From assembly GCF_026571515.1 (NCBI RefSeq), contig NW_026858341.1, positions 558,001 to 622,000 of the forward strand: a DNA stretch of 64,000 nt, read 5' to 3'. Positions 1-13,417 of the stretch are shown here, one piece after another. The notes below the pieces were generated by a model that searched no databases, had not been told where the DNA came from, and worked only from the letters and a program-made list of their open reading frames with translations. This DNA comes from Ruditapes philippinarum (taxonomy: Eukaryota). The position numbers and the translations under genes were made by a program. Position 1 is the stretch's first letter. Every line of letters starts with the position of its first letter.

Positions 1-2139
1 CCTCACCTAAGATATATATAGTTAGTTATTTTTACTTATATTTCCTGATTTCCTAATAACAACCCTGTTACCATATATGAACACATCTGGAGATGCTTAT
101 ACAATTCAAAATTTTTAACAGATTTACTATTAAATCTATTAATTTGCTTTACAATAATTTTTATATTGCAACTCTACTATTCACCATTTCATGTTGGCAA
201 GGGAATGAGGACGGTATCTTGCACTTTCGAACAGACTCAATATAACCGTGCCTGCAAAATTTTCATTTTTGTTGTTTATGGACGTTCTTTATGGATTCTT
301 TATTTCTCTCTATTTGATAAACAAATTTAAAGAAAACGGCGTACTTGTTTTCATTATTACATGTAGTTTACTAACAAATATATTGCATTGACTTTTTTGA
401 CATCGAGGTAAGAATGCTTTTCCTTTTATGTGATGACGATATAAAATTTGCCGAAAGAAATAACCACAGACTGCAGATTTTGATACAATATCGTAATACA
501 ATCTATATGTAAGAAAATCTTGCCCACATGAAATAGTAACTAAACAAGGATTTTTATAAGATAGTGATATTATATACATACTCCATACTGTTCTAATTAC
601 CTGGCCATTGTTAAACTCGTTTTTAATATGGCTGTGCTTAACTAGCCAAGTAAAACGGTTTTAAAAGGAAGGCAATCGGACAAAAAATAAACAAAAATGT
701 ATATCTGAAGGGCAAAACTATTTTAAATTGATAAACAATATTTTGTATGTGACCAAAGTTATTTTCTGCTATAATATTCAATATTTCTTCAGCATGATCG
801 TGCCTTTGTTATTATTTGATTTTGTTATTATTTCATTTCGGTATTTAAATGATGTTAGATTCTACTAAAATTGTTTTAACACAAAAAATCAAGAATATTC
901 GACAATAAATTTAATTGTGATAAAATTGAGTAAACCTATTATAATTTATTTTTACATGATATGAGCAAATTATTCTAATTAACTTTAGAACTTTTTAAAA
1001 CATTATGTGTTAAAACGGGGCGAGTGCTAAATTATGATTTTTACCAGGATCAGTCAAATGACCAAAAGCTTTTATTACTCATTGTTGATGAAAACACGCG
1101 GCTCCATTATAAACCGGGTATCTTGAGATCTTAAGTCATGCAATATAACAACGCCTTCAATGCTAAATATCTAAAATTGAGTTATCAATCTCTCAAACTT
1201 GGAAAACGCATTATTTAAATTTATCAATTGGGTGCGGAACAATGCAAACGGCGGTCAAATATCATCGGTAGCATGGACTGAAGCATTTGCCGCCTGCAGC
1301 ATAACCATGATAGTGTCAAATATAATTGAAATTGTATATTATTACAAGATGAAGACAAACCATGCTGTGTATATTAATAAGTTATTTCATAATTATGTGA
1401 TTTGGGAACAGTCGAACTGTTGGCCCGAGGTGGAGGGGGTAGTGTTTTGAACTGGTGCCTAAGGCCGTAGGTAATAAAATTAAACAAGACATATGTAAGG
1501 TAACACCATGAGTTGATAGCAGTTTATTCTGATTATTATAATCCGAGTCTTGTACACATATGACTCATTATTTGCCGCAAAATTACACGTTTAATTTAGC
1601 GAGTTAAACAATGACTCCTACTAATCAACTATCTCAAAAAACGAAAGTGTCTTGTTAAGTGCTTAAATTTTCATTTTGCTTTGATTATTTTAGCCCAGTC
1701 TTGTACACATGTGATGCATTATTTACCGCGAATTGACCCGCTTTGTTTTGCGAGTCCCCAATAAAAGTTGAAAAATACTTAAAACATTCATATACATTAT
1801 GTTACACTTCTGGATCATATTTTAATGTACTGTTTTGTTGCAAAATATTTTTATTCATATTTTGTTGAATGGAAAGACGATATATATCCGTATACAAATT
1901 TTTGACTCGCAACTAATGCCTTTTTCTTACATAAAACGTTCTAAACTCAATAATGCAATACCAGACGGGTAGTTTATTAAGTAGAAGTGCAGCCAGGATA
2001 CATCATACATTATACATGTAAAAAACAATTTAATAGATAAGATCATGGCTCGAGATCTAAACGTCAACATTTGAATATGTTTCTAAATTCAATACAAATA
2101 CAACAGATTAAATTTGAGCTTAATGCATCTACTTGGTTT

Positions 2140-2520
2140 GAAATACATAGAGGATATGGAGTGAGTGTAGGTTTAATACTAAATTTATTGAATGAGTTGA
2201 ATAAAATCATATTATGCGAGCCTCTGGCAAGCAAATTATTGTTTTACTCAACGAGTTCAATAAATTAAGTTTTGAATCTACACGGACATAATATTCTATT
2301 GATCTCAAATATAAAAAGAATGGTAAACTGTTAACAAGAGTCATGTTTATTTGACGCACTGATAGTGTAACGCTCACATTGATTAGCGCACTTTAACGCT
2401 ATGTTTATAGCGCAAATGAAGTCACGTCTGTGTAATTACACGTGTGTTATATCGTCTAGTGTAATATCGTTTTTATTAAATGGCTCTATTACACTCCCGC
2501 GCCGCGGTTTATGTGATAAT
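2140..2520. mobile_element. Palindromic non-autonomous (MITE-like) repeat
   Basis: Imperfect inverted repeat AATTTATTGAATGAGTTGAATAAAA (about 2182-2206) / TTTTACTCAACGAGTTCAATAAATT (about 2242-2266) around a central GCGAGCCTCTGGC. No coding capacity. Boundaries approximate. Confidence 0.5.
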
Positions 2521-3258
2521 ACTTAATACTCATGTTATGATGGTTGTTTACCGAGATTAAATATCGTTGAACCAGGCTCAAATTTAATACAATGTATTTT
2601 CATATAAAGGGACACTGTATTGCATTGGACAAAATGCATTGTGAAGTTTGTATATCTATTCATATAGCAGAAAACAAGTTTGTTTTGAAGATATCTGGAG
2701 TTTTTTTTTCTTTCGCAATGATTTGGATAGTACTGTGCTGACGTAGTTCTGGTTTAAAAAAATAGCCGCCTCTTAATGATTGTTGATAAATCATTTATAG
2801 AATTAGACCCGTAACCAAATCTTGACTAAAAAACAACGTATAACCTCGCATAACTTCACAAATCAAACAGCGTGTATATTATTTAATGAATAAGGATCAA
2901 CTTTAACGTCGTTATTTACCATTCGAATTATTTAACAGTAACATAATAAACTTCTTTGCATTACATCATTTAAAACGACTTTTGGCCACAAGAATCATTC
3001 GCGAGATGTCGCTTACTACAGTGAAAATTCACATTTAAACATTTATTTTCTATCATCGTGTTTCTTCTTTACTGAAGTAGAAAATGAAACAAAATAAACC
3101 TACATTTTTATAATTTCAAAGATATTATTTCTTTTTATAATTCAAGATAAAAAATCACATACCGTCTGCGCTCGTTAACTGCTGCGACAAGGTCAATTTC
3201 GTTTCGTTATAACAAGTTTGTCAAGAAGGCGATAGAGTGTGAACTTTCAGAACTGTCT

Positions 3259-3425
3259 TTATATAAATATAATATGACTCGTAGTGTCAGTCACGTGCTA
3301 CATTTATCTGTTAAATTTCCGTACGGAATTGACTTAAGCGTACTTGTCCCGACACAATATATAACGAGTACAAGTACAAGAACGACATAATGGATTTTTG
3401 CTATAATTTGCGAAAATCTTATCAG
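3259..3425 (+). promoter_or_regulatory. Candidate TATA + initiator and first exon of secreted mosaic gene 1
   Basis: TATATAAA at about 3260, TCAGTC initiator-like motif at 3287, ATG at 3390, donor CAG|GTATTC at 3425/3426. As written the exon ends in phase 0 but the next exon needs phase 1. Confidence 0.35.
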
Positions 3426-5748
3426 GTATTCGTCAAGGTTGCATTTTGTTCGGCCCTTCTCAAGTAATTGCTGTGCATAGCTGGGGTGTGAAACCATTCA
3501 ACCGCAGCCATTGTACGTTTACTTTACACCACATTTGTCGTACATTAGACGGGATGGAATATTTAAACTTCATGAATTTGTCAATTCAGAATATCAATTT
3601 AATGTATTCGCGATACGAACATACTGATTTCAAAATTTCAATGTAACGAATTCCAGATTTCATCTTCATACATTCAAATTTTGAAGTGTTTTGTAGTGTG
3701 TACGTGAACACACAATGCTTTTGAAAAAAAATGTTAAAGCATTTATTTTTCAACACATACAAATTCAAACCTTTTACATACTAAACCGATCATATTTTTT
3801 ATAGCAGATACATGATAAAGATAACATATAAGAATAAAACGTTGTGTTAATAAAACGTTGTATTGTCAACTTCTAATCGTATTATATTACTTGAAAATGT
3901 TTATGCATTAATTGTGTCTTGCCAGTTTAATATATTTCAACTGCTTTCCAACATTTTTTAAATTCATAACTCGCCTTATAGAACAGCTTTTGAAACAAAA
4001 TTGTCTTGTGACACGAGATAAGTGTCCTTATTTACCGCGTATATGTTCAACTCACCAACTAGTCTTATCTCACTTACTATGCATAAAACTTGTTATCATT
4101 TTCATTAGTTGAGAGATTTTTATTTTTGATTCCAATATGCTGTTTGGTAAGATTTTCACTTTATTTCTTTATTCCTTGGCTTCATGAATATTGTAATAGT
4201 GTGTGAACCACGATTTTGGAATTTATTGCGTATTGTAACCATTTTGTTTATTTACCGAATCATTTCAAAGCAGATGTTTTGCCTTGTTATATCATCAGCA
4301 AATAATTTGCCTAAAACAAATACAAAATGGCATGGAAGCAATGTATGTTTGACAAATTCTATTTAAAGGAATAAATTAATATAATAATCAATCAGTAAAC
4401 GTGAACCGGTGCGGATCTTCGGTGTTAAGGTTCTTCCATCTAAGATGTATGAACGATAAACAACAAGGAAGAACATGTCATTTTATCATCTATGTATTTA
4501 GACAAGTACGTTTTATAATAAAAGGAAGAATAGTTGCATATAAGGTAAAATAGAATCCCTATAATATCAATATATTCACCATATATCTTATGTATGACTT
4601 ATTTCAATTATTTTTTTTATACACGTTGGTGAATAAATGCCGAATGAATAAATGAATGGAAACGTGGTTAATATTTGAGACAATCTCCGTACAAGAGGCA
4701 CTTATATTGAAGTTAATACGCTTGTTTATTACACAACATGTAATATATGTGTAATTTCAACATTTCCCCACTCCGTTATTTTTGTGTCGATACCCGTCTA
4801 CCTTCTGGCTCGACTCGACAACGGTGCTGATGCCAAGCAACGGTGCCGACATTACCTGATACAATGAAACAGTGCAGGCCACACATTAGGCAAATGTGCA
4901 TACACCTGTTATAAAAAAGTATACGGTTTAAATACACACAATTATTTTTACAGTTGTATCATTAAGTTTTCAGAATTGATACAAAATACAAAAGTATAAA
5001 TCATACGTAACATGCATGGTGCACATTGATCTTATGGTGAATTTACTTTGACGTCATACGCAATTATTCTCCTGTTACTATAACATGCATGTGTATAGAT
5101 ACATAGATAATAAAATGACTTTTGTCGACGTGTTGTTTATCGTTCTTCCATATTTGACGGAAGCACCGTAACACGGAAAACCCGCACCGTTTCACGTACC
5201 AGACACTGTATATATTGACATAAATGCTTGTTTGATACATCATTCTTTTAAAAAGAATTTGCCACACATGCATAGCTTCCATGTCATTGTTTATTTGGGT
5301 TTAGGGCAAATTGTTCACGCTAAGATTATTACTGACGAATTAACAATACAAAACATATGCATGACAATAGGAATTCAAAAACATTACATTGTTTGTATTA
5401 TGTCTTTATAAGAAGAATCAAAGATCACTATGATGCTGTGACATGTATACATGTTAATATATACATACTATATACATAAATTGAAAATTTAATTTTGATA
5501 TATAAAAAAATTGTAATCCCGATTCGAAGACATAAAAACAAGCGTTTAAATACTTCAGTTAACTGAACATAAATTGTTAAATAAATAAAAAATTGATATG
5601 TATTAATCAAAATTGAATGTCATGCCAATATAAGTTTAAATTGTGTGCATGTGCGTGTGCTTGCGTGCGTGTGTGTGTTTGTTTGTTGCTTTTGGTTTTG
5701 TTTTTGTTGTTCTTTCGTTGTTGTTGTTGTTTTTGTATTTTTCTTTAG

Positions 5749-8700
5749 GACCATTGTTGTTACTTTTCGTGCCTTTTACTGTTTTTGGAGAAAGACTGTC
5801 TCAAGAGGAATGTTCAGACATTGACCATAACGCCTGTGTTGTGATGGCTAGTCAAAATGCCAAAATGTGTTCAGATCCTGTTCTTGCAGCTACTGCGTGC
5901 CCAGTCTATTGTAACAAATGCCGTAAGAAATAATTATTTTACGTGAAATTATTACGAAAATGGCAATGACTTTTATTTTACTGTTATAGTCACCGATTCG
6001 GAAGGTTGAGAAATAGATAATCTATAAAAAAAATTAAATGGCAGTTGAATGAATAGCTTTTTAAATATTAAATAATTTGAAAACATTAAGCATAACAGGG
6101 ATTTAGCAGAGAATGTAAGTGCTTATCCAAGTGTACCAACTCAGAAAATGTCGTGATACAAGGATTTTTATCATAATAACTATTGTTGTATTTCAGCAAC
6201 AAGATTAACGTGTTATAATTGCTCATTTTCAAATCCGAATGCCAACACTTGTAAAACAGTATCGTGTCAAACAGACGAGGTAAGTAAATGCCTTACTTGA
6301 AAAAAAAGAAGTTGAACTGGAAAGTAACAAGTTTTTGATATATCTAAATTTTTCTTACGAGAACTTCTTTAATCTTTTAAAAGTGGCGATCTTTTATCAC
6401 CCCTAGAAATCGACCTATTAACTATAACCAATGGAGTGTACCAGAGCATATAAGCACATAACAAAACCTAGACTGTACTTAAATAAATATCGATTTTATG
6501 TTGACAAAACCAGTTGCTACATACTGGGTGCTTATCCTAGAACTGTCCCTTAACTCTGAGCGAAAATTAATTTAACAAACGTACAACTCTCTCCATAGTC
6601 GTTGGCGGGTCCGGATCCAAAGCGTCAAGAGGCAAGTGGTTAAACCTGACAACCTTAATCTTCGCCACCCTCCAGAACAATTATCACACCTACTTCTTAT
6701 TTTTTACCTTAAGTATTGATTACCTAATTAGAAATATCAATCAAACATCTAGATTTGGTAAATGCACAACTAATTTTGCTTCGTTACAGGTGTGTATGGT
6801 TAGGGAAATAAAGCCTACATTTAACGGATCGACAACTTATAACGTTGGTTGTGAAAAGAAATTGGTCAGTCTTTCAAATTATTTGAAATCGGAAATAGAT
6901 CTTGAAAAAAGATTAACACTGAATCACAGCTAATTTTTGTGATTATTATAGAAATATATATTTTGAAATTGGTCAGAAAAATATATGACTTTATTTAATT
7001 TTATCCATGACAAATCGTGCTATATAGGCTAAATATATATTTGTGAGAAACAAAAGTGAAAAATAAATTTGAAAGTTGGCGGAGCAAAAACCTACATCGA
7101 TTTTTGAGACTTAAGGGACCGATCCGACTCATAAATATATATTTTAAATTTTATCATGGTTCGTGAAAATAAATTCCATATTTCACTCAAACGAAAACTT
7201 TTTCACACGAAAAATCCTCTTAACCCATAACTGCATGAGTATTTTGTAAAAAGAAATAGCTATTTTCATCGAAAAGTCTCCCGTTACAAGTTCAGATTCA
7301 TGTAAAATTCAATATTAATCAATCTTTGGACAAATGTTGACTGGACCATTGCCTTTGTAACAACATGCTCAGTCTAATTTCCTGGTAACATGGCAACGAG
7401 GGGAAATCTCAAAATTGCACTTTTTGTGCGTTGATTTTTTTCCATCAACATAGCTGCAATGATTACCTTACCTTATGGTCGACCTGAGGTCATTTTTAGC
7501 CTCTAACAAGTCCAAAATATCTTGGCGATTTTTCATCATTTAAAACAACAAAAAGGCGTGAAAAGGCGTGTTTATCTGGTAATGGGTTAATCAATTGCAC
7601 AAAATGTATCAGGTAAAATAAAATGGCCTTAAATTCTATATCAATTATACATTTTAAAATTTACAAACTTGTGGTCTTTGCTACTGTAATGCAGAACTTA
7701 AATTGTACACTGTAAAATGCGGTACCTAGATTACATATTATTCTCCAGGTTTGCGATGGTCAGAAAAAGCGGTCTATTCATTCCCGATCTGTTTACATTG
7801 ACTGTTGTTTGACTGATTTATGCAATCTTCCATCATCATCTATACCGACCACGACGTCACGCTTATCTACATTAAAAACCACTTCTACAACTGGTACAGA
7901 CCATCTTTTTAATTGACTTATACATTTAAGTAAAGCATGTGTTTATTCAATGATATACAATATCATTTATGAGTAAAGTTAACATTCCTTGTTTGCGTCA
8001 TATTAGTACAAAAATGTACCTTTTTAATATTTTGACCTAGATTAAACGAACAGATCGAAGATTGAAACACAATTGATAGATAATATTTAGAATTTTAAAA
8101 GAAAAATTATATTATGTGTATCAACCTGACCATTTTATATTATAGATCGTGGTCATTGGTCAGAGTGGAGTAATTGGGGATTTTGTACTTCAAGTTCGAG
8201 TGGTGGGTATAAGGAAAGAAGAAGAACTTGCAACATTACACACACTTTTGATCTATCGGCATCGACATGTATCAATGGATCAACCGAATACTACAGAGCA
8301 CCCTGTAGCAATCCCTGTTCACGTTAGTATTCCTGTTCATTTTTGTATTTTTTAAGCTTCCATATTGATTTAAAGAAACACGTTAATTTTATGTCCGAAG
8401 ACCTTTGACTATTTTCTTTTTATTTTCTTATGATACCTTAACAATTATAGCATAATATGTGTTCTAAACATTTTTCGCATCATATCTGTTTCTTTTAAGT
8501 AAATTATGTTTAAATGTTTCTGTTCCTTTTGCTTACATGTTTTTTTATGTTATTTCGTTCTATGTCGAGGCATTTATATGAATAATGTCATTTTGAATTT
8601 AGTTGTACAATAATTGGTATTTGCCCAGTTAAATTAAGTAGATTCATTCCCTGTTCGTTCAATAAAAGTTTAATCTTGGTTGGAAATACCATTCTAAGTG

Positions 8701-10407
8701 TTACACAATTCATTGCCTCGGCACAAAACAGCTCCCTTCGTTAAGGATATTTTGATTGTAGTAAAGTTAACATGCATATTTCACATTGATTGTATAAAAG
8801 GAACTGACGCCAACAATAACACTTAAGAACAGACATCAAGATTCTTAACATTGATAAATAAATTATTAAAGAGTATTAAATGGACAATTGGGAAAAGATA
8901 AAAAGGAAATATACTCTGAGTAAAATTGATTTGTTTTTAGATGCTTGTCTAAGTCAAATTAATACGTTTTTCATTTTTGGATCTATTTGCACAATAATAT
9001 TGAATATACGGAAAATAAAAGGTTGCAGAAAAACCTGACAATTTGCACAAAGAATACTGTTTAGACCTCGGCAAATGGTTCACCAATTTCAACTAAAAAT
9101 ATTTCCACTACCTTCATGCCAAAATGTCTGATTTGAATCCCTTTAACGTCAAAAATAGATCACTTTTTGATCGAATAATTATTATGTATAACTAAATTTG
9201 TGTAAAATATGTATAAAACATATTTATTGTTTGAAATTTACCACCTATTACTTATATACTGCTTAATAAGGCACCAGTAAATTTGTTGTACCACCGGGAT
9301 TGTTGCAATCTTCACTGCTATTTAGAAATCGCTTTATAAAAATGAAATTTTATGATAGTATAAACTTAAGCGAAACTATAGAAAAAAAAACCTGCATATT
9401 TACAAATTTTAGCACCACAAATTGTAAATCTAACCTTGAGTGGCTCTTGGACAGTGGGAGGTATGGTTATCCTACATTGTGAGGTATCAGGGGATCCTAA
9501 ACCATCTATTAGCTGGATGGCACGGGTAACTTTTCATGTTAATTGGTCTACAACGAAAGGTCTGTAATACACTAAATGCGTATGTTTTTCGTAAGTATCA
9601 AGACAAAACAACAAACCACAAATGAATTATATATTATTGTTGTTGGAAAGTATGAGATAAGATCCGATATTACATGTATTCATATGGTAGTTATTAATAT
9701 ATTGCAGATAAAAAATTGTTCTCGAACAGAATAATTATCACCATTCTTCATATTAAATTGTTCATACTGAATCATTTAGAACTATTATAACAATTTCTTT
9801 CAAGAAGTTTGATATTAAAATATACGTACCTTCATTTCCTTTTGTTTCGTCAATATTTATTACTTACAGAAAATATGTCCCTTGTAGACCAATCCACTTC
9901 GTCTAGAATGTACGGTTTTATTACTAAAGTTTTATCTAGGTCAATTCTAATCCATGAATTTGTTTTGTTGGTTGACATAAGGTGCCTTTTCTGCAGATTA
10001 AACTACTTAAATTATATTTGAAAGATATTTTTTTTCTTAAACTTCACAGACAGTTGTTAAAAGTCACTATGCTTTGTCATTATTCCATTGAATTATTTTT
10101 TTATTGAATAATTTAACATACTGTACATTTTCGAGCACAAAATAAAAATACAGAAGTATAGAGAGCAACAATCAAAAGTTATCGTAGTAACATATATTTA
10201 TCTATGTTCTATCTTCTTATTACATGTAACAGAGCTCCAATGTGCTTACAAACGGCAATAAATGGAAATAATAATGAGTTCCTGATCATTGGACCAATTA
10301 CCGAGTTACATCCTGATCTGTTCAAATGTGAAGCAATAAACAGATGTGGGAGATCTGAATCTCGTGAATACTCCGCTCCGACATCAGCCCCACCTATTAT
10401 TGGCTAA
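5749..10407 (+). CDS. Secreted mosaic protein 1: signal peptide, ShKT domain, LU (Ly6/uPAR three-finger) domain, Ser/Thr linker, thrombospondin type-1 repeat, Ig-like domain
   Basis: GT-AG exons with compatible phases: 5749-5922 (GPLLLLFVPFTVFG...CSDIDHNACVVMASQNAKMCSDPVLAATACPVYCNKC, ShKT Cys spacing); 6197-6279 (LTCYNC...CKTVSCQTDE); 6790-6864 (VCMVRE...VGCEKKL); 7749-7893 (VCDG...CCLTDLCN + S/T-rich); 8146-8322 (WSEWSNWGFC...ERRRTC, TSP1); 9413-9525 (VILHCEVSGDPKPSISW); 10233-10407 (FKCEAINRCG...PPIIG*). The last exon has one extra base at about 10242-10245 relative to paralog 2. Start exon not securely identified. Confidence 0.85.
6490..6670 (-). mobile_element. Degenerate tRNA-derived SINE in an intron of gene 1
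   Basis: Reverse complement GGTGGCGAAGATTAAGGTTGTC...ACCACTTGCCTCTTGACGCTTTGGATCCGGACCC aligns to the head of the SINE at 13418. Confidence 0.5.
7224..7586. mobile_element. piggyBac-type non-autonomous element
   Basis: TTAA-CCCATAAC (7220-7231) ... GTAATGGG-TTAA (7579-7590): TTAA duplication flanking CCC/GGG termini with a short imperfect TIR. Confidence 0.55.
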
Positions 10408-10815
10408 TTGGAAATATTGTTTAAAAATACAAAAAAAAAACACATAAATTTTACGCAATAATTGTCTTGGTCTTGTTGTCTTTGTCTTCCTTGGCAAGCT
10501 CAATTTACCCTTAGACAAGTTTTCAAGCTGTGGTTGCGATTTAAACAACCGATTAGATAATTATGATTTCAAATTTCAAAAACAGAAGGTCAATCGTTTT
10601 AGAATTGCCGAACTTATTTCCGATGATTTGTGAAAATGTGAAATATTTTACTTCTTGTACAGGATCGATAATTTTATACTTTATCTATTACAAAAAATAA
10701 TGAAGACGGAGTTGTACAGTGTCTATGGTAAGAAATTTTCTTGACATATTTGCAATGGTCAGATATCAAATATCATTTAGATTTTACAATTTTAATCCCC
10801 AAATAAAATTACAAT

Positions 10816-10817
<2 letters not shown>

Positions 10818-10865
<48 letters not shown>
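10818..10865. repeat. (AAT)n microsatellite
   Basis: About 15 perfect AAT units. Confidence 0.95.
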
Positions 10866-12807
10866 TAATATGGTCATATTAACATTTATTTCAATCTCGA
10901 CGGTAAATACATGTCACAACATGAATTTATTACAAAATGATTATGCATATGTACTTACAGCAAGGAAACATTAACCTATGGGTCAACTATGTTTATGTCT
11001 ATATTTTAATATTAAACCAAAGTTAAACATCAATATACCTTTAAAAAATTTGACATTTGATTTAACCAAATATAAAATGACGAGAGGAATATCGCCAAAT
11101 AATTCCAATGGTTAACATATGTTCAGTAACGACATATTTCAGTAAATCACTTTAAAAGCTTTCAGTATACAAAGCGAGTGGTGTGTGCTAAACTACCCCA
11201 CAATCTGTCCAAGGTATTGAACATTTAAAGCAAGCCATAGAAACCGCTGTTTAAAGTGAGATTTTTTTATTTTGTGTGAACCAAAAATGATTCATTTGTG
11301 GAAGAATGGCTGTTAATCACGTCATTTAACTTAGATAAATGTGTAGGAGTTTGTATGAAATGTAAGACATTTTCCTACATTTGTACGACATATATAAGCA
11401 ATTATCGTATAAATAATCTGAAAGGCATTCTATGGAACACCTTTACTGTCTCATGTTATTACTTAGTGTGACATTTAGCGATCCTTTTGATGTCATTTTA
11501 AACAATGAAAAAGATTATTCCAGAAAAGCAGGGTCAATGATAGTCTGAAAACTTGCTCATTCAAAGGTTCATCAAATGGTTAACAAATCTTGATAAAAAA
11601 AATTTCCACTCCCGATTTGTCAGTAAAAAACAACTCTCAATCCAGGAATACCTTTAACAGACATCACTTTTTTTCGGATTTCGTTCATTCCTCTATAAGT
11701 TGACATTGGAACTCAATTTGCCCAAAACTTTAAAATTTGTTAGTAGTGTGGAAGTTAAAGCAATACTTAATCTCGTCTCAAATCGAGCAATTATATATAA
11801 TTCATGTATGGAAAAAACACGATATACTGAATGCTTATTAGTATGCCCTTCAATTTTTTATTCCTAATCTGTTTACTGCAAATTGGCAAAAAATGAAACA
11901 ATTATATAAACACTAAGATGATATAAGATGATATAAAATAAATTAAAACAAATACTACTTATTCACAACAATGACGTTCATTGAATGTCGCCCTTCCTTG
12001 TTGAATTATTTTCATATTTTACAAATGGGAAAGAGCAATATTATAACAGTTCCTGTATAAAATTAAAAACACCCATACATAATATGTATAATGTATCGTT
12101 TTAAGTTATAAGTAAATATCAATGTGTAATGCATTAAGGTCGTGTCATATAATATTTAATGTATGGATATAGCTACCATTTCTCAAGTTTAAAGGATATA
12201 AAAAGAAACAAGATACTACGTGTGGTATTTTGATGATGGATACTTGAAGCATGTTGTTTTGTGACTCAAACACACCGAATATTCCCGTTAAAGTGAACTA
12301 CGTTTTTTCTTTGTACCATAATGTAACAACCCAGAGTACATTCAAATACTTAAATAAAAAAAGTGGCTTTGGGGGTATTTTTGTTATGAACTAAGAGCAT
12401 TTACAAATTATTTAAACGATTCATCAAAATTTTACGTGGTAATTTCTTATAGTGATCTATTTTGTTTTAAAGCGGCATTGCTTATTACATTTTGCCAGTA
12501 GCTTGTGATAGCAAATTTGAACGTGTAAGTTAATCAAAGGATGTTAACAGTAGTGCCTTAGTCCAATTTCTTTTTAAACAATCCTCGTATATGTACTTTT
12601 ACTTCACCGGGAATTAAGAACTTTATTGTGATAAATCATGTTTTATTTAAATCATACATTAGTAATGTAACAAAACTATGAATTAAGTTTTAAGCAATCT
12701 TTATATATTACATAAAAGACATGTCATATGAATAATGTAAAATTGCGGGTCTGGAGCAAAAAAAAAAATAAATAGAGATAGATAGGTTGGTCACCATAAG
12801 ACTTTGT

Positions 12808-13070
12808 TACTTAGGGACCAAAGGGAGCTTTTCATGGAATGACAAGACCATGCCACCATGAAGGTTCCACAATAACCGCCATATGAACATATCTGCTGAT
12901 GTTTCTAGATAAAAAATAAAATAACCATTTTGATGTTTAAATGCTGAATTCTGCTTAAACCCGTGTATGAGCATAAACGGTACCTTGCACTTTCCAGAAC
13001 TGTCCGCGGACAGACTCAATCAAAACGAGTCTGCAACATTGTACATTTTAACCGTTTTTGCGTTCTTTGT
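12808..13070 (+). mobile_element. Dispersed about 260-bp repeat family (MITE-like), copy 1
   Basis: Homologous along its length to the reverse complement of 52365-52630 and partly to 55185-55340. Internal hairpin CAGACTC...GAGTCTG. Confidence 0.75.
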
Positions 13071-13417
13071 GTTTTTTGTTTTTCTCTATTTTAATTATCA
13101 TCTTAATTTTTATGTCTCCATTTGTCTAAATTATACATTTATTTGTTAAAGATTATATCTTTGTCTGGACACCATTCTGAACACCTATAAATTAATTTAA
13201 CTTCTTTAGAATATTTGGACATATATAACGGCAAAAAAACTTTTAAAACATGATCAGTACATGTATTAGGTTTTTGTTAGAGTGATCATTAAAGTAACTA
13301 TTCACGCTATCATGTGTTTAACGTAAGACGTGCATTTAAAAGGTGATGTCATCAGTGGTGAAAATAAATTAGAATAAATTATTGAGTTTGAAAAAAAAGT
13401 ATTCTTCCTATTTAGAT

